A stretch of 40,173 nt of DNA, from positions 1-40,173 of IMG/VR virus record IMGVR_UViG_3300017785_008116; one strand, written 5' to 3'. The notes under the pieces are model-generated. The model did not search any database. It worked only from the letters and a program-made list of their open reading frames with translations, and was not told the origin of the DNA. Below are positions 30,895 to 38,459 of the stretch, piece by piece. Origin of the DNA: a virus. Lineage: Duplodnaviria > Caudoviricetes. The position numbers were made by a program, and so were the translations under genes. Each line of letters opens with the position of its first letter. Position 1 is the stretch's first letter.

Positions 30895-30902
30895 TATAAA
30901 TA
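30895..30902 (+). promoter_or_regulatory. T4-type late promoter TATAAATA
   Basis: Exact T4 gp55 late consensus upstream of ATG 30916. Confidence 0.75.
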
Positions 30903-30915
30903 AACTATAGATAAT

Positions 30916-32670
30916 ATGGCCTGCCCTGAAATTACAACAATTCCTAGTTCTGAGTGTATAGGTAATTCTCTAATTACAATTAATAGTAATTTTGATACTT
31001 TAAAAAATGCTATTTGTGATATTAGTGTCAATGAAACTGGTATAGCTATAGAGGATGAAGGTAGCCCGATTGGTATCAATATCGGCACAGTTAATTTTAT
31101 AGGAGCAGGGGTAAATACAATTGTTCAAGGAAATCGTGCACAGGTTAATATACCTGGTGTTGAGCTAGTAAAAGTTTCAGGACTTGAAGAGCAAGGCACA
31201 AACTCAGGTGGTGGTAGAGATAACTTTTTTATTCTTAATGATGGTTCTTTAAGAGTTGTTGGACTCAATCAGCGCGGAGAGCTAGGTATAGGTCTTGCCG
31301 ATAAAAAAGTCTTTACCCCTCGTGTTGCTGGCTTTACTCCACCCTTAGAGTTAGGAGAGGGTATATCAAAAGTTTACTCTCAGCATAATTGCACTTACCT
31401 TGTTACATCTTTCGGTCGGGTTTATTCAGCAGGAGCAAATTCATCAGGACAATTGGGTATAGGTACAACTTCAACAACACCTACCCCTATCTTTACTTTT
31501 GTTAATGCAATTGGAGAAACAGCAACACCTCTTAACGATGTCACTAACCCGATAGCAGGTTATGCTGCAGCTAAACTATCAGGTAATAAGATTATACAAT
31601 TGTGTACAGGTTCTGGAGCTGTTACTGCTTTATTAACTATTTTTGCTTTATCAGAGGATGGTAGAGTTTTTGTTTGGGGTGCCAATAGCCGCGGACAAAC
31701 CGGTAACCCAACTGTCCCTGGTTTTAATAATGTACCTACACCCAGTCAATCCACAACATTTACAGGGATAGGTCGCTTAATAACCTCAGCTGGTAATAAC
31801 AACTCTACTACAACCTTTGTTGTTGACGCTCAAGATAAACTTTATGTAGTTGGTAGAAACCAAGACGGTCAAGCTGGTACTAGTAATAATAATACTGACA
31901 TCAAAGCTTTTCAACAAGTTATAGGTCTACCATTCAATTACCGTGTGAATAATGTTAGAGTTGGAGGCACAGCAGATCAAATAACAACATTTGTAACTCT
32001 TAAAGATGGTACTCTATATGCAGCTGGCAGAAACCGTAGTGGTGCATGTTCAGGTACCGGGGATGCAACACCTCTTAATTTTATATCTTTTTCGCGAGTT
32101 GGAATTTTTACTGATTCTGACTTTATAGAAGACATAGCGGTACATATTGATGCAAATGCAATTACATGTTGGGCTTTAATTAGAGATGGCATTTCAGGCT
32201 ATAAAGTTAAATGCTGGGGCAATAACACATTCGGGCAGTTAGGTCTAGGTACAACAGCAACAGCAGCAGCAGTATCTGAAAATGCATCTTGGCCATGGCT
32301 AAGTACCCCAGGGGTAAAAGTAAGTCAAATTGTTGTAGCTGGTAATGGCACTCAAAAGACAACCCTAGTACTTGATACAGCAAATAGATTGTGGGCTGCG
32401 GGCTATGGTACATCCGGTTTAATAGGCAATGGTACAACCACTGCTACCAATTCAACATTTCAAAGGGTTGCATTTAACCCTGGTTTAGGTTACCCTATTC
32501 AAATTAGAAGTACAAATAACGACGTTACCAATAAGGCAAACTTTTTAGCTTTATTAAACACTGGAAAAGTTTTAGGTTGGGGCTGGGATGAAGTAGCGTC
32601 AGGTCAATTAGGGGTTGATGCTTCTCCTGCTGTTACCACCGTACCAAGCTTAGTACAAATAGTAATTTAA
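30916..32670 (+). CDS. RCC1-repeat beta-propeller tail protein
   Basis: Repeated 'G.[VL]...G.N..GQLG.G' RCC1 motifs; N-terminal ECIGNSLITINSNF adaptor motif. Confidence 0.8.
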   Translation: MACPEITTIPSSECIGNSLITINSNFDTLKNAICDISVNETGIAIEDEGSPIGINIGTVNFIGAGVNTIVQGNRAQVNIPGVELVKVSGLEEQGTNSGGGRDNFFILNDGSLRVVGLNQRGELGIGLADKKVFTPRVAGFTPPLELGEGISKVYSQHNCTYLVTSFGRVYSAGANSSGQLGIGTTSTTPTPIFTFVNAIGETATPLNDVTNPIAGYAAAKLSGNKIIQLCTGSGAVTALLTIFALSEDGRVFVWGANSRGQTGNPTVPGFNNVPTPSQSTTFTGIGRLITSAGNNNSTTTFVVDAQDKLYVVGRNQDGQAGTSNNNTDIKAFQQVIGLPFNYRVNNVRVGGTADQITTFVTLKDGTLYAAGRNRSGACSGTGDATPLNFISFSRVGIFTDSDFIEDIAVHIDANAITCWALIRDGISGYKVKCWGNNTFGQLGLGTTATAAAVSENASWPWLSTPGVKVSQIVVAGNGTQKTTLVLDTANRLWAAGYGTSGLIGNGTTTATNSTFQRVAFNPGLGYPIQIRSTNNDVTNKANFLALLNTGKVLGWGWDEVASGQLGVDASPAVTTVPSLVQIVI

Positions 32671-32671
32671 T

Positions 32672-32914
32672 ATGTCAAGAGTATATACAACTGTTATTAG
32701 TGAGAATGAATATATTGGGGATTCTTTAGTTACTATTAATACAAACTACGCTAACCTTGATACAAGCCTTCTATCTGTTAGTACAGAAAATATAGTATTA
32801 AAAGCTCGTTACAACTCCCTAATACAAAATCTTTCAGGTCTAGGTGCCCCTGGAACTAATTATACCTCATTAAGCACATCCTTTTTATCTCTTTCAGCAC
32901 TTATTGTGCCTTAA
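32672..32914 (+). CDS. Small adaptor-like protein, paralog 1
   Basis: NEYIGDSLVTIN...FLSLSALIVP; paralog of the next gene. Confidence 0.7.
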   Translation: MSRVYTTVISENEYIGDSLVTINTNYANLDTSLLSVSTENIVLKARYNSLIQNLSGLGAPGTNYTSLSTSFLSLSALIVP

Positions 32915-32919
32915 AAATT

Positions 32920-33150
32920 GTGGCCAGAGAATTTACAACAGAAATATATGACAATGAGTATATAGGGGACTCCCTAGTTACTATTAATAATAGCTTTAAT
33001 GCTTTAGATACTTCTAGTCAAACTATTAATAATAACTTTAATAGTTTAATTAGTGCTCTTACAGCTTTAGGAACTGCTGCGTCTGAAGGGTCCAACTTTA
33101 GATCTTTAAGTGCTAACTTTTTATCTCTTTCAGCCCTAATAGTCCCTTAA
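32920..33150 (+). CDS. Small adaptor-like protein, paralog 2
   Basis: GTG start; NEYIGDSLVTIN...FLSLSALIVP identical to motifs in 32672..32914. Confidence 0.7.
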   Translation: MAREFTTEIYDNEYIGDSLVTINNSFNALDTSSQTINNNFNSLISALTALGTAASEGSNFRSLSANFLSLSALIVP

Positions 33151-33168
33151 AAAACAATCACTTTAGAA

Positions 33169-33180
33169 TAAATATAAATA
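33169..33180 (+). promoter_or_regulatory. Tandem late promoter TAAATA/TATAAATA
   Basis: TAAATATAAATA contains the exact TATAAATA (33173-33180), 8 nt before ATG 33189. Confidence 0.75.
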
Positions 33181-33188
33181 CACACCAT

Positions 33189-33977
33189 ATGAAGCAAAAC
33201 CCTCTTTCCGAAATTTATGAATCAAAGGTATTAACCTCTGAAGCAGTTCCTTCCAACAAAGTTAAAGGAGACAAAGAACTCGACGACATGATGAACGCTA
33301 AAAAAGCTCGTCTAGTATCAGGTCAAGGGTCAGAAGCTTGTAAAAAAGATATACATGCACCAAAAGAGATGCACGGTACTGAAGTACACGACCCTAAAGT
33401 TTTAAAAGATTCTATGGAAAAACCAACAAAATCATTTGAAGGCTCATTTGAAAAGCTCTTCAAAGCAACTATTAATGAGCAAATTCCGGGTGAGGAAGAA
33501 ATGGGTATGGAGATGGAAGTCGAAATGCCTACCTCAGACGACGAAATGATGGATGAGCTCGAAGGTGAAAAAGACGAAGTAACAGACCTCGTTTCTGATC
33601 TTAAGTCAGTAATGGACCATCTTCAGACAATCCTTGATAAAATTTCTGAAGAAACTGGCGGGGAAGAAGAAGAGTCAGAAGAAGAATCAGAATTCGGAGA
33701 CGAAGAAGCTGAAGACATTGAAGATCTCGAAATGGAAGAAGAGCCAGTTAAAGAAGCAACAGAACTAAAACCTCTTGGTGACAAGAGCAAGGTACTTCAG
33801 AACAAGAGTAATAAAGTTGGTGGACATCCAAAAGTTCACGGCGGTAAGGCACACGGCGGAGATGTTGATTCAGATCCTAAACTAAAGCCAGCCAAGGGAC
33901 ATGATAAATCATATCAACACCCAAAAGGTAAGCCTGAAGTTAAGTCGACTGTTAAAAGAGGCGATTTCTTTAAATAA
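33189..33977 (+). CDS. Acidic/basic low-complexity protein, probable prohead core/internal head protein
   Basis: Glu-rich centre (EEEESEEESEFGDEE), Lys/His-rich C-terminus, own late promoter and terminator. Composition resembles T4-like scaffold/core proteins. Confidence 0.45.
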   Translation: MKQNPLSEIYESKVLTSEAVPSNKVKGDKELDDMMNAKKARLVSGQGSEACKKDIHAPKEMHGTEVHDPKVLKDSMEKPTKSFEGSFEKLFKATINEQIPGEEEMGMEMEVEMPTSDDEMMDELEGEKDEVTDLVSDLKSVMDHLQTILDKISEETGGEEEESEEESEFGDEEAEDIEDLEMEEEPVKEATELKPLGDKSKVLQNKSNKVGGHPKVHGGKAHGGDVDSDPKLKPAKGHDKSYQHPKGKPEVKSTVKRGDFFK

Positions 33978-33999
33978 TAATCATTTACAGAATTAATAG

Positions 34000-34027
34000 A
34001 CGGCCCCTTACGGGGCCGTTTCTGTTT
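34000..34027 (+). terminator. Rho-independent terminator
   Basis: Stem ACGGCCCC/GGGGCCGT with TTAC loop, followed by TTCTGTTT. Confidence 0.85.
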
Positions 34028-34052
34028 ATAGAGAAAAGCTTAAATACAATAT

Positions 34053-34634
34053 ATGAAGAAATTATTTGAAGAAGAATTTGAAAAAGCTTATCTCAAATAT
34101 CATACACACCCAGTAGCTCCTAATTCTCTTGATCCTCGAATTTGGTACTTCTCTCCAGATGGTGGAGATCCAGTTTTGCAACCTGCTGTTAAATCTCAAA
34201 TACTAAAAGATATTGAAATAATAAATTCTGCAGAACATGGAAGCGGCAGAAAAAGGGTGTGGGAATACTTTATAGTTGGATCTGTGCTTGAGGAGGAATC
34301 ATCTAAAAAATGTGCTATAAACATATTAGTACTAATTGATAAAACAAACCTTGATGACATGGTTAAGGAGAGAATACTTCAAACTATTAAGCAAATAAAT
34401 GGAAGATTAGCTACTGGCTCTTTACACCCTATTTATTACTTACCTACAATTAGAGATTTAGATCAAGAAAGATACTCAGCCATCTACCACCCTTATAGTG
34501 ATAAGTGGGTTAAGAAGCCAAGATTTCTCGGTGAAGCAAAAATAGATTTAAAAGACATTGCAAGAGATCCTGCATATAAAAAGAATCGTAAACATCCCTT
34601 AAAGAAGGGCTTTAAAAAACTAGCAACAATTTAA
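34053..34634 (+). CDS. Nucleotidyltransferase-fold protein, apparently catalytically degenerate
   Basis: 'LDPRIW...L.P.VK..IL...IVGS...' and 'Y....D.W.KKP' resemble a phage Pol-beta-like NTase family, but the DxD position reads A-I-N. TAAATA at 34041-34046. Confidence 0.5.
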   Translation: MKKLFEEEFEKAYLKYHTHPVAPNSLDPRIWYFSPDGGDPVLQPAVKSQILKDIEIINSAEHGSGRKRVWEYFIVGSVLEEESSKKCAINILVLIDKTNLDDMVKERILQTIKQINGRLATGSLHPIYYLPTIRDLDQERYSAIYHPYSDKWVKKPRFLGEAKIDLKDIARDPAYKKNRKHPLKKGFKKLATI

Positions 34635-34635
34635 T

Positions 34636-35340
34636 ATGCAAAAGGTCCGTTATCTAAATAAGACAGTCAATGAAAACGAACGGGCCTTAATATCTGGTTA
34701 CTGGGAGGAACAGATAGGGCATTACGGTACTGAAGTAACATATTATACTCACGGTTATACTCTTTCTTCTCATTTTTATCTATACGGGGAAGACCCAACA
34801 ACACCGTTTCTATCAGCTGGCCCTGTAGTAATGTTAACTGACATCACAAATGATGCTATTATGTTATCTAAATTTGGCATAATGGCTGATTGTGATATGA
34901 CATGCATTTTACATCTATCATCTTTTCAAGAAGTATTTGGTACTTACAGAGAACCAAAAGCAGGAGACTTAATTGAGATGGCTGAATATGGAGGGTTTGG
35001 AGATAGACCAGGCGGTAGAGGGGCTCCAGTATATGAGATAACTGAAAGAGATGATCAAAATTTACAATTCAATGCTAACCAACTTATGGGCCATTATGTA
35101 TGGATAATAAAGTGTAAGCGTTGGGAGTACTCATCCGAGCCTGGTGCACCAAAAGAACCTCTCAATATTCAGTTCAATGATGATGAGTCATATGGAAGAG
35201 AAGCTGGAGGAGTTAACCCTGAAGAATTGGTACAGCCTTACCCGCAATCAAACGACAAAGCTGCTGAATGCATTATAGATGAAAGCATTACTGATAGATC
35301 TGAAATTTATGGCTACTACGGCGGATTAAAAGAATTATAA
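34636..35340 (+). CDS. Neck/head-closure protein gp14-like
   Basis: YG..V.Y, LYGED, LSKFGI...D, EPKAGDLI, YEIT, YVW.IKC..WEYS. Confidence 0.85.
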   Translation: MQKVRYLNKTVNENERALISGYWEEQIGHYGTEVTYYTHGYTLSSHFYLYGEDPTTPFLSAGPVVMLTDITNDAIMLSKFGIMADCDMTCILHLSSFQEVFGTYREPKAGDLIEMAEYGGFGDRPGGRGAPVYEITERDDQNLQFNANQLMGHYVWIIKCKRWEYSSEPGAPKEPLNIQFNDDESYGREAGGVNPEELVQPYPQSNDKAAECIIDESITDRSEIYGYYGGLKEL

Positions 35341-35353
35341 TTAAATAACTAAT

Positions 35354-36214
35354 ATGAACGTACTTCCTCGTTATACCTCTGGGTCAACCAATTTTAACTC
35401 AATCATTACGAGTTATGATGCACTGGCACAAAGAATTCGCAGACAAATGGGAGAGCCCTTGGTTAACGTTGAAATAGCTAATGAGCAAATCTACGACAAC
35501 ATTGCCCAAGCTATGGAATTTTTTACCAAGTATGCAGGGTACACAGAAGAGTTTTTAATATTTGATTCTGTCAAATATACAAGAGGTGTAGGATTGAATG
35601 TCGCAACTCTCATTAATCAGACCCCAGAGATGTATAAGTCCCAAACTGCAGGCCTGTCGGCTGGTTATGATTATGATTTAGAGTCTTATAGAAGGGTACT
35701 TGACTGTTTTTCCTTTACTTACGGTGAAACTACAGGCATTAATACACTCTTTACGCTAGAGCAGGCCATGGCCCAGCAAATCTATTCTTCTTATATGGTT
35801 GGTAACTTTGGCTTTGACCTTACAACCTGGGAAGTACTTAAAGGTTTTATTGATACTCGTAATAAGGTCCTGGCCATGACTCCGCATTATAGATTTGATC
35901 CTAAAAATCAAAATTTGAGAATCATACCAGAACCTATTCCTGAACAAACATACCTAGGAGTTGTTGGTTGTTATATTGAAAGACCTATAAAGGACCTCAT
36001 CAATGAAAGATGGATCTACAGATACTCTTTAGCTCTGTGTAAAATTGTTGTTGGTAACGTAAGAGGTAAATTCTCAGGCACAAACCTTTTCGGTGGTGGT
36101 TCTGTTAACTACTCAGACTTTATGTCTCAAGGTATTGAAGAAAGAAACGCTCTAGAAGTTGAACTAAAGAACACTTATGAAGATGTTACTGGGGCTATGT
36201 TCTTTATTGGATAA
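35354..36214 (+). CDS. Neck protein gp13-like
   Basis: R..GEPLVNVE...QI.D.I..A..FF, WI.RY.LAL.K...G..RGKF.G..L.GG..VN; TAAATA at 35342-35347. Confidence 0.88.
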   Translation: MNVLPRYTSGSTNFNSIITSYDALAQRIRRQMGEPLVNVEIANEQIYDNIAQAMEFFTKYAGYTEEFLIFDSVKYTRGVGLNVATLINQTPEMYKSQTAGLSAGYDYDLESYRRVLDCFSFTYGETTGINTLFTLEQAMAQQIYSSYMVGNFGFDLTTWEVLKGFIDTRNKVLAMTPHYRFDPKNQNLRIIPEPIPEQTYLGVVGCYIERPIKDLINERWIYRYSLALCKIVVGNVRGKFSGTNLFGGGSVNYSDFMSQGIEERNALEVELKNTYEDVTGAMFFIG

Positions 36215-36217
36215 ATA
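36166..36217 (+). repeat. 52-bp direct repeat, copy 1 (3' end of gp13-like gene plus TAAATA)
   Basis: AAAGAACACTTATGAAGATGTTACTGGGGCTATGTTCTTTATTGGATAAATA; 49/52 identical to 37074-37125. Confidence 0.95.
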
Positions 36218-36222
36218 TATCT

Positions 36223-37029
36223 ATGAGTAGGTTTGAACAATTAGTAGAGTTAATTTTAGAAATGTCTGCTTATCATGGAAGTAGATCTGAAATTTCTAAT
36301 TTTTCTACACCAATACAAAAAACTGCTAATGCTGAAGTAGGAAAAGAAATTAGACAAGATTCTACAGGTCAAAATTTATTTGGATGGGGTATATACTTTT
36401 CGGCCGGAACTGCAACAGCTAAAGAGTATGCTGGTTATGAAGGAAATAAAAATAAGTTTGACACAAAAACAGCAGAAAAATCCGGTAACCTTATTTATAA
36501 TGTTGAATTAAAAGCTGAAGAAGATGAACTAATAAATTGGTACGGTAGCTATGAACAACAATCAGAAAAAGTTAAAAAAGGATTTGAAATTGTAGCTGGG
36601 TTGAATGATTGCTTTAAACAAAAACTTGAAAAAATAAAACAAGCAACGAAACCAGGCTGGGTGGCGTATAAGTCTTTAGCAATTTGTTTGCAAAGTGCAA
36701 AAAATCAAACTTCAAATGTAGTTAACTCTAAAAATGACTCAGAACAAGCTATTAAACTTCAAAAAGGTTTAGCAACAAAAGAAGGAGAAAGACAAGCTTC
36801 TTTTATGTTGTATACAAAAGGTGGTATTAAAGGTACTCTTGCAAGATCTAATTCAGAAAATTTTCCAAAATACTTTCAACAAGACAAAACCTGGTATTGT
36901 ATATTTAGCGGAGATCTTGTTACAGTTAACAAAAAAAATGGAAGATTTTTACAACCTAACAAACAGCCAATAATGGCTCGAGTTACTAATACCTTTAATA
37001 GAATTTTTAACCCTGAAAAAAGTTTATAA
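36223..37029 (+). CDS. ADP-ribosyltransferase-fold-like protein (polyvalent-protein type) with N-terminal leader
   Basis: AYHGS...F, GWGIYFS, A..YA, IYNVEL, GGIKG, WYCIF follow the motif order of ART-like modules in phage/plasmid polyvalent proteins; starts MSRFEQLVELILE. Confidence 0.55.
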   Translation: MSRFEQLVELILEMSAYHGSRSEISNFSTPIQKTANAEVGKEIRQDSTGQNLFGWGIYFSAGTATAKEYAGYEGNKNKFDTKTAEKSGNLIYNVELKAEEDELINWYGSYEQQSEKVKKGFEIVAGLNDCFKQKLEKIKQATKPGWVAYKSLAICLQSAKNQTSNVVNSKNDSEQAIKLQKGLATKEGERQASFMLYTKGGIKGTLARSNSENFPKYFQQDKTWYCIFSGDLVTVNKKNGRFLQPNKQPIMARVTNTFNRIFNPEKSL

Positions 37030-37032
37030 ATA
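37025..37032 (+). promoter_or_regulatory. T4-type late promoter TATAAATA at the cassette 3' end
   Basis: Exact consensus overlapping the stop of 36223..37029; no substantial ORF immediately follows. Confidence 0.55.
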
Positions 37033-37073
37033 ATGATATGAACTCTTGTAAGAATTGATAATGTTACAAAGAA

Positions 37074-37125
37074 AAAGAACACCTATGAAGATGTAACAGG
37101 GGCTATGTTCTTTATTGGATAAATA
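37074..37125 (+). repeat. 52-bp direct repeat, copy 2 (orphan gp13 C-terminus plus TAAATA)
   Basis: AAAGAACACCTATGAAGATGTAACAGGGGCTATGTTCTTTATTGGATAAATA; encodes the same KNTYEDVTGAMFFIG*. Confidence 0.95.
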
Positions 37126-37130
37126 ATTTT

Positions 37131-37412
37131 ATGGACTTTAACGATACAGTATTAGAAGTTTTAGAAGAAGCTAAAGGTGGTAGATGCACCAAGGTTACAA
37201 AGAAGGCCTCTTCAACGCGCTCGGGAAAGAAATGGATGAAATGTGTTAAATCCCCTGGTGGTGGTTACAAACGTATTCACTGGGGACAAGCTGGTGTAAA
37301 AGTTACCGGCAAGTCTGGTAACACTAAACGCAAAAAAGCATTTAGAGCTCGTCATAAATGTTCGTCAGCAAAGCCAGGTACACCTCGAGCAGCTGCATGC
37401 GCTGATTGGTGA
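37131..37412 (+). CDS. Small basic Cys/His-containing protein
   Basis: KKWM...IHWGQ.G...RKKAFRARHKC...PGTPR..AC..W resembles a widespread viral 'RxxFRARHxC' family; acidic leader MDFNDTVLEVLEE. Confidence 0.7.
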   Translation: MDFNDTVLEVLEEAKGGRCTKVTKKASSTRSGKKWMKCVKSPGGGYKRIHWGQAGVKVTGKSGNTKRKKAFRARHKCSSAKPGTPRAAACADW

Positions 37413-37447
37413 TAAAAAGTATATGAAAATAGATAAATAACTTATCT

Positions 37448-38032
37448 ATGAAATATGGTTTTATTTACAAAATAACCAATTTAATAAACAACAAAAAATA
37501 TATCGGTTTCAAAACCTATACAAAAGGCTGGAAAGAGTATATGGGTAGTAGTAAAACTCTAAAAGAGGATATAAAAAAATTTGGTAAAGAAAACTTTCAG
37601 AGGGAAATAATAGAAGAAGGAGATTCTTTAAAAGAATTACAAGAAAAAGAAATTACACATTTAACAAAAAATAATGTACTTGAAAGAGATGACTATTACA
37701 ATCAGTCTATACCGCACCCTCGCTTTAGAAGATTAAAAGGAGGAAGTCACAGTAATAAAGGTAAAACCTGGGAGGAGGTTTACGGTGTTGAATATGCTAA
37801 TAAAAAAAGAGAAGCGTTACGTAATAGAATAAAAGGTAAAACGTGGGAAGAAATATGCGGGGATAAAGAAAAAGCTAAACAAAGAAGAATTATAGCAAAG
37901 CAAAATAAAACAGAAGAAACAAAACGTAAAATGAGCGAAGGCCGTAAGGGTATAAAATTTACTGATACCCATAGAGCTAACTTAAGTAAAGCTTTAAAAC
38001 AATATTTTAATGAATCGCAAAAGAACATCTAA
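37448..38032 (+). mobile_element. Free-standing GIY-YIG homing endonuclease (Seg-like) with NUMOD3-like C-terminal motifs
   Basis: GFIYKITNLINNKKYIG, YMGSS, F.REII, YYN; two KGKTWEE repeats (37757, 37832); TEETKRKMSE and FTDTHRANLS; own TAAATA at 37434-37439. Confidence 0.88.
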
Positions 38033-38459
38033 GTTCAAACAAGGTATATTCAACCCTGTTAATAAAGACAAGTATAAAGGCTCATCCCCAATACTCTACA
38101 GGTCATCATATGAGATCAAGTTTATGCGCTGGTGTGACCATAACCCAGCAATATTAACCTGGGGATCAGAATCAGTTATTGTTCCTTATCAAAACCCTCT
38201 CACTCAAAGAGTGTCTCGTTATTTTGTAGACTTTAATATAACTTTAAAGAATAAAAACGGCGAAACTAAAAAATATCTTATAGAAATAAAGCCCTCTGTT
38301 CAGACCGTACCACCCATACCTACTAAGAACACAAGATCTCTTCTTAGACGTCAAGCTGAGTATGTTAAAAATAGAGCTAAGTGGGAGGCGGCAACTCAGT
38401 TTGCAACTAAAAAAGGGTCAGAGTTCGTTGTGCTTACCGAGAAACACTTAGGCCTTTGA
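38010..38459 (+). CDS. Head completion nuclease gp4-like (TnsA-like fold)
   Basis: G.F.P.N..KY.G, YRSSYE..FM.WCD.NP....WGSE, RYFVDF, IEIKP, N.AKW.AA, LTE. Confidence 0.92.
   Translation: MNRKRTSKFKQGIFNPVNKDKYKGSSPILYRSSYEIKFMRWCDHNPAILTWGSESVIVPYQNPLTQRVSRYFVDFNITLKNKNGETKKYLIEIKPSVQTVPPIPTKNTRSLLRRQAEYVKNRAKWEAATQFATKKGSEFVVLTEKHLGL

Noticed and set aside
20639-32437. Short ORFs 20639..20836, 26123..26404, 28612..28869, 30855..31088, 31977..32192 and 32207..32437
   Set aside because: Shadow or alternate-frame ORFs overlapping long structural genes.
37033-37122. Possible expressed mini-gene after TATAAATA (37025) encoding the duplicated gp13 tail
   Set aside because: ATGs at 37033, 37038 and 37061 give only 2-11 aa peptides, and the KNTYEDV frame has no ATG after TGA 37039; treated as a remnant.
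36166-37125. Group I intron, IS element or integrase att-site explanation for the repeat
   Set aside because: gp13 is intact up to its stop; there is no transposase, integrase or inverted repeat, and no intron-like structured non-coding sequence.
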